From positions 1,340 to 65,339 of the forward strand of contig CAILTG010000025.1 in NCBI GenBank assembly GCA_903837125.1: DNA of 64,000 bases. The letters are read 5' to 3'. Below are positions 5,892 to 16,500 of this stretch, one piece after another (the first letter of the stretch is position 1; every line of letters begins with the position of its first letter). Origin of the DNA: Candidatus Magasanikiibacteriota bacterium. GTDB lineage: Bacteria; Patescibacteriota; Patescibacteriia; Magasanikbacterales; UBA922. The notes beneath the pieces were generated by a model that had not been told where the DNA came from, made no database searches, and saw only the letters and a program-made list of their open reading frames with translations. The position numbers were made by a program, and so were the translations under genes.

Positions 5892-8282
5892 ATGATTTCA
5901 AATAACTGGGAACGTGTTGAAGAGCTGAAAGAACGGGTCGAGCCACAACAAGGTTTTTTGAATGATTCTTATCAGAAGTATAATTCAGGTAAATTGAAGG
6001 TATTTTTTGATAAAATACCTTATTATTTATTACTTTTAACAGTACTGACAGTGCCTTTATTTTATGATAAGAATTTGTTAAATTTTTATGTTTTACCAAA
6101 ACAGGTATTATTTATAAGCTTGGTTGTACTTACACTCTTATTTTGGCTTATTAAACTGTCTTTTAGCAAGGAATTATTTTGGAAGCATTCAGTTTTGTAT
6201 TTGTTTGTTGGTTTATTTTTGCTTTCGGGGTTTATTTCTACTGTTTTTTCAGCCTCAATTTATGATAGTCTGTTTGGGCGTACAGATTTTTTTGTTGCCA
6301 ATTTTGTTTTTTTCTTTTTTTTGGTCTTATTTTTTTTGTTACTTGTCAATAATCTCAATTCACCAGCGCGTTGGTTAAAAATGCTGAATACTTTAATTTT
6401 TGTGGGTGGTTTGACGGCTTTATTTTTTGTGCTAAAAGTAGTTTTGCATTTAAACTTGGCTTTTTTAGATGGAGTTTGGAATACCGTGGATGGTTTTAAT
6501 AGTCTTTTTGGCATCTGGACAATTTTGGTATTTATCTTATCAGCCGGATTTTTAACTAAAAAAAATGTTTCAATATTTCGGTCAGTTTTATATTTAATTG
6601 TGGCCTTGCTCTGTTTGGTGGTACTGTTACTTTTGAGTTTTAATTTGCTTTGGTGGCTGTTAATTATTGGTTTAGTTCTAGTTTTATTTTTTGGTGTAGC
6701 TTCAATTCATGAATCAAGGCCTTTTTGGCTTTCTTTTTGGTTTGTAGTTTTGGTTTTAACGGTAATATTATTAATATTTGGTAGTCCTAAATTTTTGCAA
6801 ACAGCAGTACCAACCGAGGTGGCTCTGGGTCTTTCACCATCTTGGTCAGTGACCAGTCAAAGTATTTTTTCCGGTATTAAAACTTTTGTTTTTGGCAGTG
6901 GTTTGGGTACCTTTGGTTTTGATTTTTCACATTTTAGGTCGGCTGATTTTAATTATAATGATTTGGTTTGGTCATTCCGTTTTGGTCAACCATTTAATTC
7001 ATTATTGGCGATTTTGAGTGAAAGTGGAGTGTTGTCTGCGGTTTTGTTTGTTTTTATCATCTTAATGGTTATCGGTTATACTTTGCAGAGTTGGTTGAAG
7101 ACCTACAAAGGAAAAATTTTTGATTGGCAGTTTGGTGTTTATTTAGTTTTTGCTGGCTGGTTTTTTCTTACCATTGGTTTGTTTTTTAATTTTTATGGGC
7201 CAGTTTTATGGTTTGCCTGGTGGTTGCTTTTGGGGATGGTGATTTCTGGTTTACATCTTTTTGGGGTAGGTAATATTATAAAAGAAAAAATTTGGAAATT
7301 AACTGATACTCCTCAATATAATTTGGTTTTTTCTTTTGCTACAATATTAGCCATTGCGGTTTTGTTAATAGTAGGAATTTTTGGTATAAATTTTTATCGG
7401 GCAGAATTTTTGTACGCTGCGGCCCTAAAGACTAATGATTATAAGGTTGCTGAAACGAATTTGCTCAAAACTTTGTCTTTACGTGGCAATTTAGATATTT
7501 ATCATATTGCTTTAGGTCGGGTTTATTTATTGGAATCGGCAGCTAAAGCCAAAGAGGTCAATCCCGATTTAAAAGTGGTGGCAGAATTAGTTGGTAAAGC
7601 AGTAAATGAAGCTAAAGCTGCTGCGGATCTTTCGCCGAATTCAATAGCTGTGTGGGAAAATTTAACTACCATGTATGAGAATGCCAGTGTTTTGGTGCCA
7701 GAAGCCCAGGAGTGGGTAGTAAAATCTTTGGATCAAGCTATTAAATTAGAACCAACTAATCCAGTTTTGTATTGGCGATTGGGTAATAATTATAATAATA
7801 CAAATAAGTTTTTAGAAGCAATTAGTAATTATAAAAAAGCCATTGATTTGAAGAAAAATTATGTTGGTGCTTATGTTGGTTTGTCCTTGGCTTATGAAAG
7901 AAATAAACAATTGAAGGAAGCTATTGATACTTATTGGACTGCCGGACCTTATATAGTTAATAATCCGGATGCTTTGTTTGATTATGGCCGTCTTTTGTAT
8001 AATAGAAATGAAAAAGACGACCGTGATAATGCAGAAAAATTGTGGTTAGAGGCAGTTCGCTTACAGCCTAGTCATTCTAATGCTTTGTATAGTTTGGGAT
8101 TATTTTATGAAGCCAGAGGTGATGTTAACAAGGCTTTAGCATATTACAATCAGGTAAAAGAATTAAATCCTGGAAATAAAGATGTTGAAGCAAAAATTAA
8201 TTCTTTTTATAGTACTCCAGTTGAGTTGGTAATTCCAGTTAGTAACACTGATGTTAAAACTACAAGTACTAAAAAGAAATGA
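5892..8282 (+). CDS. Polytopic membrane protein (O-antigen ligase/Wzy-like N-terminal region) with C-terminal TPR repeats
   Basis: About 12 hydrophobic segments in the first 500 aa. C-terminal about 280 aa carries multiple TPR-like repeats (…AISNYKKAIDLKKNYVGAYVGLSLAYE…ALYSLGLFYEARGDVNKALAYYNQ…). Confidence 0.65.
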   Translation: MISNNWERVEELKERVEPQQGFLNDSYQKYNSGKLKVFFDKIPYYLLLLTVLTVPLFYDKNLLNFYVLPKQVLFISLVVLTLLFWLIKLSFSKELFWKHSVLYLFVGLFLLSGFISTVFSASIYDSLFGRTDFFVANFVFFFFLVLFFLLLVNNLNSPARWLKMLNTLIFVGGLTALFFVLKVVLHLNLAFLDGVWNTVDGFNSLFGIWTILVFILSAGFLTKKNVSIFRSVLYLIVALLCLVVLLLLSFNLLWWLLIIGLVLVLFFGVASIHESRPFWLSFWFVVLVLTVILLIFGSPKFLQTAVPTEVALGLSPSWSVTSQSIFSGIKTFVFGSGLGTFGFDFSHFRSADFNYNDLVWSFRFGQPFNSLLAILSESGVLSAVLFVFIILMVIGYTLQSWLKTYKGKIFDWQFGVYLVFAGWFFLTIGLFFNFYGPVLWFAWWLLLGMVISGLHLFGVGNIIKEKIWKLTDTPQYNLVFSFATILAIAVLLIVGIFGINFYRAEFLYAAALKTNDYKVAETNLLKTLSLRGNLDIYHIALGRVYLLESAAKAKEVNPDLKVVAELVGKAVNEAKAAADLSPNSIAVWENLTTMYENASVLVPEAQEWVVKSLDQAIKLEPTNPVLYWRLGNNYNNTNKFLEAISNYKKAIDLKKNYVGAYVGLSLAYERNKQLKEAIDTYWTAGPYIVNNPDALFDYGRLLYNRNEKDDRDNAEKLWLEAVRLQPSHSNALYSLGLFYEARGDVNKALAYYNQVKELNPGNKDVEAKINSFYSTPVELVIPVSNTDVKTTSTKKK

Positions 8283-8294
8283 TTAAAATAAGAG

Positions 8295-8942
8295 TTGTTT
8301 TTTATGAAAAAGCCAAAAATGGGAGTGATTTTATTGATGTTGGGTTGGTTGTTGGTACCTCTTGTTACTTCCGCGGTGATGAGTTCCTCAAATTACACAA
8401 TTTATGCTGATACTTTTAGTTTAGGCGGGGATTTAAGCACCAGCACTAATTATTCTTTGCAGGGCTCAGCAGTTGGAGTTCCGGTAGGTATTTCTACCAG
8501 TTCAACTTATGAAATTCGTGCTGGTTATCAGGCAATGGAGTATGGAAGTATTAGTGTGGATTTTAGTAAAAATTCACTAGATTTGGGAGTTTTAAGTCCA
8601 GTGGTGGTGAAAAGTGATAGTACAGTGGTGACTATTTCTATTGATTCACCTGGTGGTTATACCTTGTCTCTTGGTAGTGTCAGTGCGGCTCCTTTGGCTC
8701 CGGTAAGTGGGGGTGCAGTGGTAGCCGGGACAGAGGGTTATGGAATAGCAGTTACCGGGGCAAACAGGTCTTTTATTAATGACCAACCAATTGCCGCGAA
8801 TTTGATTTTAGCCTCAACCAATAGTTCAGTTGTTAGTGATCAAGAGACATTAGTAGTAAAGGCGGCAATTGGTAGTAATTCAAATGCAATTGGTTTGAGT
8901 GGTGGTCAGACTATTGCTATAAATGGTTCGGCAAACTTTTAG
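8295..8942 (+). CDS. Secreted Ser/Thr/Gly-rich beta-rich protein (signal peptide), first gene of the surface-protein cluster
   Basis: Signal peptide MKKPKMGVILLMLGWLLVPLVTSA; low-complexity beta-strand-like composition; no W or C in the mature part. Confidence 0.55.
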   Translation: MFFMKKPKMGVILLMLGWLLVPLVTSAVMSSSNYTIYADTFSLGGDLSTSTNYSLQGSAVGVPVGISTSSTYEIRAGYQAMEYGSISVDFSKNSLDLGVLSPVVVKSDSTVVTISIDSPGGYTLSLGSVSAAPLAPVSGGAVVAGTEGYGIAVTGANRSFINDQPIAANLILASTNSSVVSDQETLVVKAAIGSNSNAIGLSGGQTIAINGSANF

Positions 8943-8944
8943 TT

Positions 8945-9847
8945 ATGTGCGAATATACGAATAAATTTACGAATTTACGAATAATTAATTTTTTTTTCTT
9001 TTTTTTATTATTTTTGTTTTTATTCCCTAATCAAGTAGGTGCTTTTAGTGTTGGTCCTTTAAAACAGACGATCGTCTTGGCACCTGGATCAGAACAAACT
9101 GTGCTACTTACTATTACCAATAGTGAAGATGTTGAGGTAATGTATAATTTAGAGGTCTTGGGAGTAAAACAAAATAATTTGGGTCAGCCAGTTTTTGGTA
9201 GTTTTTCTGAAGCTGAATCATGGGTAAAGCCTGAATCAAATAATCTAGCGGTGCCAGCTAATAAAACTAAAACAGTCAGCTTTAAAATTGTGGTGCCTCA
9301 AAATGCTTATCCTGGTTTTTATTATTTAGGTTTGGGTGTGGCAGAGAAAAAAAATGGCGGGGTGACTTTTTCGGCCAGATTATTATCTTTGTTATCTTTG
9401 CAGATAGCTGGTACAGCTCGGGAAAATTTGAAAATTGAACAGTGGTTTGGAAATAGTTTTTTTAAATTATTAAAAAATGATGGTAATTTTAACTTAACAA
9501 TTAAAAATAATGGAAATGTGGATTTGCCGGTGGTGGGTCAATTAATCTTAAAAGATCGGCAGGGTAATATTTTGAAGAGTCAAACTATTAATTTGGGTAA
9601 TGCCTTGATTCCCGGAACGCGGCGTTTTTTAGAAACTAAACTGTCGCTTAAACCATTATTAATTCCTGGTTTTTATCAGGCGGAAATTGTCATTAATTAT
9701 GGTCAACTTAATCAAACGGTTTTTGCCTCTACCAGTTTTTGTTATCTACCGTTTTGGCTTGTTTTAATTATTTTATTATTGCTTTTATTCCTGTTTATTC
9801 TTTTTAAAAAGCGTCAAAAAAATCAGCACTATGAAAGTGGTATTTAG
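8945..9847 (+). CDS. Membrane-anchored extracytoplasmic protein (signal peptide, Ig-like ectodomain, C-terminal TM plus KKRQK stop-transfer)
   Basis: The N-terminal hydrophobic run follows MCEYTNKFTNLRIIN. C-terminus ...LPFWLVLIILLLLLFLFILFKKRQKNQ. Architecture resembles DUF916/DUF3324-type surface-complex anchor proteins (inference). Confidence 0.55.
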   Translation: MCEYTNKFTNLRIINFFFFFLLFLFLFPNQVGAFSVGPLKQTIVLAPGSEQTVLLTITNSEDVEVMYNLEVLGVKQNNLGQPVFGSFSEAESWVKPESNNLAVPANKTKTVSFKIVVPQNAYPGFYYLGLGVAEKKNGGVTFSARLLSLLSLQIAGTARENLKIEQWFGNSFFKLLKNDGNFNLTIKNNGNVDLPVVGQLILKDRQGNILKSQTINLGNALIPGTRRFLETKLSLKPLLIPGFYQAEIVINYGQLNQTVFASTSFCYLPFWLVLIILLLLLFLFILFKKRQKNQHYESGI

Positions 9848-12800
9848 GAATTTTTTGTTTGCTTGTTTAAGCTTATTTATTTTGAGCGGTTTTTTTGTTA
9901 ATGCGCTGGCCACCAGTGATAATCTTTCTGTTCATTTAACTACTTGTGGCAATGGTTTATTAGAAACTGGGGAAGGGTGCGATGGTAGTAATTTAAATGG
10001 TCAAACTTGTGTTACTAAAGGTTATAATAGTGGAATTTTGGGTTGCTCCAGCAACTGTACTTTTGATACTAGTAACTGTCAAACTGGTGGTGGTTGTACC
10101 GGTAGTGGTTGTAATCCTCCCAGTGATAATCCGCCTGAAATTTATCAGGTAACTACCAGTACTCAAGATATTTCAGCCACTGTTTCTTGGTTGGCTACTG
10201 ATACTGATGCTACCGGTGTTTCTTCGGTGAGTTTTTCGTATGGCATAGGAGTTTATGGTGTGCCAGAGGTTGTTTTGGTGACTAGTAATGGAATTTATTC
10301 AAAAAATCTTTTAGGTCTTTTGTCTAACCAAATATATAATTTTAAAATTACTGTTTCTGATGGTGTTAATTTACCAGTTAATGTTGAAGGTACTTTTAAG
10401 ACTTTACCTTTGGTTCCCACTGCACTGACTATTTCTAATATTAATTCTGAACCAAACGAAACCACCTGCCAGATTAGTTGGCAAACAAATTATAATAGTA
10501 CTGGACAAGTACTTTATGGAACGAGTACTAGTTATGGTGGCCAGGCTGAAGATAGTCAATTGTCTGTTTCGCACAGCGTATTGTTGGGAGGTTTACATCC
10601 TAGTACCACCTATCATTATAAAGTAGTGGCTACTGATCAAATTCACAGCAGTAATAGCACGGTGGATTTGATTTTTATCACCCCCAAAGATGACCAAGCG
10701 CCTTCAGACGTTGATGATTTAAAAGTAAGCGTGGTGGGTGATAGTTTGCATTTAACTTGGACTAACCCGGCTTTGACTGGTGATAATGCAGATTTTGTTG
10801 GGGTAAAAATTTATAAAAAAATTGGTTCAGCCCCAGCATTTGTTGGTGATGGAACTTCAACCTATAGTGGTAATGGTACTAGTTTTACTGATGATGAGAT
10901 AACCAGAAATGTTCATTATTATTACAAAGTTTTTTCTTATGACACTTCTTTGAATTATAGTAATGGTGTCTCGGTAAATGGTTTAATACCGCCACTAATC
11001 GTCCCTAATGTTTCTAATTATAATTTAACAGTTATTGATAATACTATTGAATTAACTTGGGTTAATCCGGTTAGCACAAATTTTGTTGGTGTAAAAATTA
11101 TTCGCAAAGTTGGTGGGCATTCCAGTGGTATTTATGATGGTTCAGAGATTTATGATGGTAATTTACAAATTTTTACAGATGGTAATGTTGAAGCCAATAA
11201 AATATATTATTATACTATTTTTTCTTATAATTCTCTGGGTGGCTATAGTACTGGAGTGTGGCAAAATGGACAGTGGGTTTATGTGCCACCAAATTGTCAA
11301 AGTGATTGCAGTCGGGCTGGCTGTTGTGCTGATCCAGTTTGTACAAATTTAGATATTTGTAGGTCACAACCAAAACCAGAAATTTGTGGTAATGGCCTGG
11401 ATGATGATAATAATGGAAAAACGGATTGTGCTGATTCAGCTTGTGTTGGCTTTGCTGGTTGTAGTAATGGGTCAGGTGGTGGTGTTTTTCAGTGTAGTGA
11501 TAGTGTAGACAATGATAATGACGGTTTAATTGATTACCCAGCTGATCCAGGTTGCGACAATGCTAATGATAATGATGAATATAATCCACCAGTTTCAACT
11601 ACTAGTACTATTAAATTAAGTGATTTGTTTTTTTTGGCAGGTAATAGAAAAATTAATTTAGTAATCAATCAGGGAAAGGTTGGTGGGTTGGCGGGGATAG
11701 GTTTGACAGTGGGTTTGCCGGCTACAATTTTTAAGACTATTCCGGTGAGTATAAAATTGATTATTACTGGCAGTGAGCATCAGTTTGTTTTGGATACTGT
11801 TAATAATAATTATTTTACAGAGATAACTTTTCCTAGTACTGGTTTGGTTGATGCTTTTGTGGTGGTTGATTATGGCAAATTAATGGTTGATTCTTTAAAT
11901 TTTAAATTAAATTTATTGCCTTATGGCAATGTTTTAGATGATACGGGTAATCGTTTAAATGGTGCAGAAGTTTTTTTATATCAACAGGATGGTTCATTGG
12001 TAGGTTTGGCTAATTATAATGAAATTAATCCAATTTTAACAGATACTAATGGTTTTTATGGTTGGATAGTGCCAAATGATAGTTATTATTTAGTAATTAA
12101 AAAAGACGGATATAATGATCGGAAAATGGCGCCTTTTACAGTGACCAATAATATAATTAATCAAAATTTATCTTTAATAAAGTTAGCTCCCAAATTGGAG
12201 GAGGTAATTGATGCTAATGTTTCTTTGGCAAAAAATGTTGCTAATGTGGCAGTGAATTTGGCTCAAAAAACCAAAGTTGAGGCGCAAATAGTAATTCAAG
12301 CAGTAGCTGATATTAAACAAAATCTAGAAGTGCAAAAAATTACTAGGCAAATAGTGGCCCCCACCGCTGTGGGAGTGGCTGTCGCTAGTACTTTGCCATT
12401 AATTAGTTTTGGTGATGTAATTCCTTTGTTGCGTTTATTATTTTTACAGCCATTATTATTGTTTGGACGGCGTAAAAGAAGTAAATGGGGACAAATATAT
12501 AATTCGCTTAATAAGCAACCAATAGATTTGGCCATTGTGCGCTTGGTTGATGCAGAATCAAATAAAATAGTGCAGTCTAAAGTTACTGATAGAGAGGGGC
12601 GTTATGCTTTTGTAATTGAACCGGGTAGATATAAAATGGAAGTGCAAAAATTAAATTTTGTTTTTCCTTCCAGTATTTTGAAGGCTTATAAAAGCGATGG
12701 ACAAAAAGTGGATATTTATCATGGAGAAGTTATTGAGGTAACTGAAAAGGATTCCCTGATTACTGCCAATATTCCGCTTGATTTGGAAGGTGAACATCAA

Positions 12801-13364
12801 AAACCTAAACGTTTGTTGTGGCAAAAAGTTGGACACATTACGCAAACAGCTCTTTCTCGTTTAGGTCTACTAGTAACCTTGGTCTCTTTTTATATTTCTC
12901 CTACTTGGCTGGTAGGGAGTTTACTCGCAGTGCATATTTTGTTAACGATTTTCTTTAGACGTTTATCTAAACCAGTAAAAGTGAAAGGTTGGGGTATTGT
13001 TTATAATGAAAATAATAAACAACCAATTGGTCAGGTGGTGGCACGACTGTTTAATGCCCAGTTTGATAAACAAGTAGCATCACAAATTACTGATCGCCGC
13101 GGTCGTTATTACTTTTTGGCTGGTGATGATAAATATTATGTTACTTTTGAACATGCCAACTATCAATCATCCAAAACAGGGGTAGTGGATTTGACTGGAA
13201 AAAATGTTAGTACTGTGACTAAGGATGTGGGGTTGAAGCCAACCACCTCAGCACCGAATGTGAATGTAGAAAAGCCATTATTGTTGGATGTTAAACCCTC
13301 TGAATCTCCACCTGTTGAGTCAGACAATAAATTTGTTGGTCAAAAAGATGATATTTATGGTTAG
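9831..13364 (+). CDS. Giant multidomain cell-surface protein (1177 aa): Cys-rich EGF/MopE-like metal-binding repeats, 4 FN3-like domains, 3 carboxypeptidase-regulatory-like domains, 2 TM segments
   Basis: Cys-rich CGNGLLETGEGCDGSNLNGQTC..., CGNGLDDDNNGKTDCADSAC and CSDSVDNDNDGLIDYPADPGCD (DxDxDG motifs); FN3-like W/Y patterns; repeated RxGxYxF CarboxypepD_reg-like units (e.g., VTDREGRYAFVIEPGRYKMEV; ITDRRGRYYFLAGDDKYYV); TM helices near residues 840-870 and 1005-1035. Confidence 0.65.
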   Translation: MKVVFRNFLFACLSLFILSGFFVNALATSDNLSVHLTTCGNGLLETGEGCDGSNLNGQTCVTKGYNSGILGCSSNCTFDTSNCQTGGGCTGSGCNPPSDNPPEIYQVTTSTQDISATVSWLATDTDATGVSSVSFSYGIGVYGVPEVVLVTSNGIYSKNLLGLLSNQIYNFKITVSDGVNLPVNVEGTFKTLPLVPTALTISNINSEPNETTCQISWQTNYNSTGQVLYGTSTSYGGQAEDSQLSVSHSVLLGGLHPSTTYHYKVVATDQIHSSNSTVDLIFITPKDDQAPSDVDDLKVSVVGDSLHLTWTNPALTGDNADFVGVKIYKKIGSAPAFVGDGTSTYSGNGTSFTDDEITRNVHYYYKVFSYDTSLNYSNGVSVNGLIPPLIVPNVSNYNLTVIDNTIELTWVNPVSTNFVGVKIIRKVGGHSSGIYDGSEIYDGNLQIFTDGNVEANKIYYYTIFSYNSLGGYSTGVWQNGQWVYVPPNCQSDCSRAGCCADPVCTNLDICRSQPKPEICGNGLDDDNNGKTDCADSACVGFAGCSNGSGGGVFQCSDSVDNDNDGLIDYPADPGCDNANDNDEYNPPVSTTSTIKLSDLFFLAGNRKINLVINQGKVGGLAGIGLTVGLPATIFKTIPVSIKLIITGSEHQFVLDTVNNNYFTEITFPSTGLVDAFVVVDYGKLMVDSLNFKLNLLPYGNVLDDTGNRLNGAEVFLYQQDGSLVGLANYNEINPILTDTNGFYGWIVPNDSYYLVIKKDGYNDRKMAPFTVTNNIINQNLSLIKLAPKLEEVIDANVSLAKNVANVAVNLAQKTKVEAQIVIQAVADIKQNLEVQKITRQIVAPTAVGVAVASTLPLISFGDVIPLLRLLFLQPLLLFGRRKRSKWGQIYNSLNKQPIDLAIVRLVDAESNKIVQSKVTDREGRYAFVIEPGRYKMEVQKLNFVFPSSILKAYKSDGQKVDIYHGEVIEVTEKDSLITANIPLDLEGEHQKPKRLLWQKVGHITQTALSRLGLLVTLVSFYISPTWLVGSLLAVHILLTIFFRRLSKPVKVKGWGIVYNENNKQPIGQVVARLFNAQFDKQVASQITDRRGRYYFLAGDDKYYVTFEHANYQSSKTGVVDLTGKNVSTVTKDVGLKPTTSAPNVNVEKPLLLDVKPSESPPVESDNKFVGQKDDIYG

Positions 13365-13369
13365 AAAAT

Positions 13370-13405
13370 CCCGCTCCGACATAATGTCGGGGCGGGTATT
13401 TTTTT
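13370..13405 (+). terminator. Intrinsic terminator after the 1177-aa gene
   Basis: 13-bp stem CCCGCTCCGACAT/ATGTCGGGGCGGG (1 mismatch) followed by TATTTTTTT. Confidence 0.65.
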
Positions 13406-13444
13406 GCTATTTTTAAACTAATTAATGATTTTTGTTATAGAGAT

Positions 13445-13494
13445 TTATCCACAGTAACTAAGTTGGTGAAATAAATACCAAATTAGTGTATAAT
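13445..13494 (+). promoter_or_regulatory. Promoter region for the 13515 gene: perfect DnaA-box 9-mer TTATCCACA (13445-13453) and TGTATAAT (13487-13494)
   Basis: Motifs read directly; TATAAT at 13489-13494, about 20 nt before the start codon. Confidence 0.4.
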
Positions 13495-13514
13495 ATACAT
13501 ATAAAATTCAATTT

Positions 13515-16500
13515 ATGTTTGGAGGCTTAGGAGTTAAACGAAAACCAAAGCAGGCCACTCTTTTTGTAGTTGGTTTATTTTTGTTTTTTTCTTTTTTTGT
13601 TGTCATTTTTAATATTTATCCAGCCCAGGCCGCCAACCCGCCAGGAGTAATTACCTACCAAGGTAAAATATTGTTTAATAGTTTAGCTGTTACTACTACG
13701 CAAAACATGAAGTTTGTTTTGTATAATGCTTTAACTAATGGCACTCCGCTATATACTGCCAGTGGCACTTTACCAACTACCAGCACTGTTAGTGTTACTC
13801 CCAGTAATGGTTTGTTTACAATTGACTTGGGCAGCAGTGGTACCAATAATTTAGATCCGGCAATTTTTCAAAATAACCAAAATGTCTATTTAGAAGTTTC
13901 TGTTGGCAGTGAAATTTTAACTCCCAGAAAACAAATTACCGCCAGCCCTTATTCTTACAATTCTAAATACTTAAACGGTGTGGGAACCGCCACTAATTCT
14001 TCTACCACTTATATTCCAGTTTCCGATGCTACAGGTAATTTTAATTTTAATGGGGTAACGAGTAGTTTATTGTATGTAAACGGCAATTCCATTTTGGCCA
14101 CTACTACTATCTCCAATCTTGCAGGAGCTACTGGTAACATTTCCATGTGGACCAATAATCTTGGATATTTAACAACTTCTACTAATTTAACAGTTTCTAA
14201 CTTTGCTACAGCTAATATTTCTCAATGGTTTAATGATGTTGGTTATGTAACTTCTACTGGTGGAGAAATAGACCCAATTTGGAATGCAGCTTCAAGTAGT
14301 TATGCTAAATTAGGTTCTAGTAATACTTTTACTGGAACAAATATTTTTGCTACGACCACTGTTGATAATCTTTCCGTTTCTGAACTCAGTTCTCAATCAT
14401 TGGTATTCACTGGGCCTAGTGGTAAACTTTCTGTCACTTCTTCTTTGCATTGGGATAATATTAATAGTCGTTTATTAATTGGCGGTGTGGGAACACCTGA
14501 TTATACTTTGGATGTTGTTGGCAGTTCTATAATTCGTGGTAATTTAATTGTTACCGGCACCTCTACTTTTAATAATTACGTCTGTATTGGCGGAGTTTGT
14601 CGAAATGATTGGCCGGTCGGCGGTTCTGCTGATACCAGCACCATTAGGCAAATGATCTCTGCTTCTTCGCCGTTAAATTATGATTCAGGTTCAGGTATTT
14701 TAACAATCACAGGGTCAAATAGTTCTACAAATGGTTACTTGTCTTCAGGTGATTGGAACACTTTTAATAATAAAATTTCTTCCCAGTGGATAACTACCAG
14801 TAGTGATATTTATTTTAATGGTGGAAATGTGGGTATTGGTGTGTCTAGCTCACTACCGCAGGCGTTGTTGGATGTGGGACATAATTTTACTGTTGATGTT
14901 GATGGTAATATCTCTACTAGTGGTACTTTAGGAGTGTCTAGCACTGCAACTTTTGGTGGTAATGTTTGTATCGGCGTTGACTGTCGTACTTCTTGGCCTA
15001 CTGGCGCTGGATTTTCTCAGTGGATAGATGCCACCTCTGGCATTTATTATAATAGTGGTAATGTGGGTATTGGCACCACCACTCCTTCGGCAAAGTTACA
15101 TGTTAAAGGGGGGAATATTTTACATGAGGCTTCTGGTAATCCAACTTTGAAAGGTGCGTATGATACTCCTGGTTATGCTACTAATGTTTATGTTTCTGGC
15201 CAATATGCTTATGTGACAGATGGTGCTGCTGGTTTGCAAATAATAGATATTTCCAATCCTGCCTCTCCTACCTCAACTGGGAATTATAATCCTCTTGGTA
15301 ATGTCTCTGATGTTTATGTTTCTGGCAAATATGCTTATCTAACAGATGATGCTGTTGGTTTGCAAATAATAGATATTTCCAATCCTGCCAGCCCAAGTTT
15401 AGTTGGTAGTAATAATGCCGCTGTTGGCTATTATGATGTTTATGTTTCTGGCAAGTATGCTTATGTAGCAGACGATGGTAGTGGTTTGCAAATAATAGAT
15501 ATTTCTAATCCTATTTCTCCTACTTTAATTAGTACTTATGATACCCCTGATTTTGCTAATGGTGTTTATGTTTCTGGCAAATATGCTTATGTGGCAGACA
15601 AAACTTCTGGTTTGCAAATAATAGATATTTCTAATCCTGCCAGCCCAAGTTTTGTGGGTAGTTATTATACTTCTGGTGACACTGCTTATGATGTTTATGT
15701 TTCTGGCAAATATGCTTATGTGGCAGATTCTGTTTCTGGTTTGCAAATAATAGATATTTCTAATCCTGCCAGCCCAAGTTTTGTGGGTAGATATAACACT
15801 AGCTTTGCTTATGATGTTTATGTTTCTGGTAAATATGCTTATGTAGCGAATGGTGTTTCTGGTTTGCAAATAATAGATATTTCTAATCCTGCCAGTCCGA
15901 GTTTAGTTGGCAGTAATAATATTGCTACTGGTTATGGTGTTTATGTTTCCGGCAAATATGCTTATATGGGAGGTGGTATTGATGGTCTACAAATTATTGA
16001 TATCAATGGCACCGAAACACCGTCATTATCTGCCGGCAATGTTCAAGGTAGTGATTTGACGATATCTGAGAATGTGGATATTGGTAATAATTTATCAGTT
16101 CGTGGTGGTTTGAATGTGGGAGAAAGCGGTATTATGATTAATGGTGATTTTGGTATGTCGGGGTTAGTGACTAATACTTTGAGTTTTTCCACCACTACTT
16201 TATTTAAAACGGCAGCTACCCCCACAACCACCAATGCATTTATTTTTGATACTTTAAATTCATTTACTCCAGCTACAAATACTTATTTATTATCTATAAG
16301 AAATGCCGGTGTAGCAAAATTTTCTGTTGCTACTAATGGTGACACGGTGGCGGCTGGTAATTTATTTGCCTCTAGTATTACAGTGAGCACTGGTACTTCT
16401 CCTGGCGATTTGGCAGAGCGAGTGGATATTAATCCAAATGAGCAGGTAGAAGTTGGGGATGTGCTGGTTGTTGATCCTGATTCACAGGATAGATATAAAA

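Noticed and set aside
5827-6514. Minus-strand ORFs (5827-6099, 6260-6514) and plus-strand 6124-6378 within or overlapping the Wzy-like/TPR gene
   Set aside because: Embedded in a long, well-supported membrane-protein ORF; Lys-rich or Leu/Phe-rich translations of poly-T/poly-A tracts.
15525-15869. 114-aa minus-strand ORF with internal repeats inside the LVIVD gene
   Set aside because: Antisense reading of the tandem DNA repeats; repetitive peptide is an artefact of the repeat, not a gene.
15170-15960. Regular ~135-bp direct repeats that could be mistaken for a CRISPR-like array
   Set aside because: Repeat units are contiguous (no unique spacers), about 135 bp long and lie in-frame inside a protein-coding gene (LVIVD blades); not a CRISPR.
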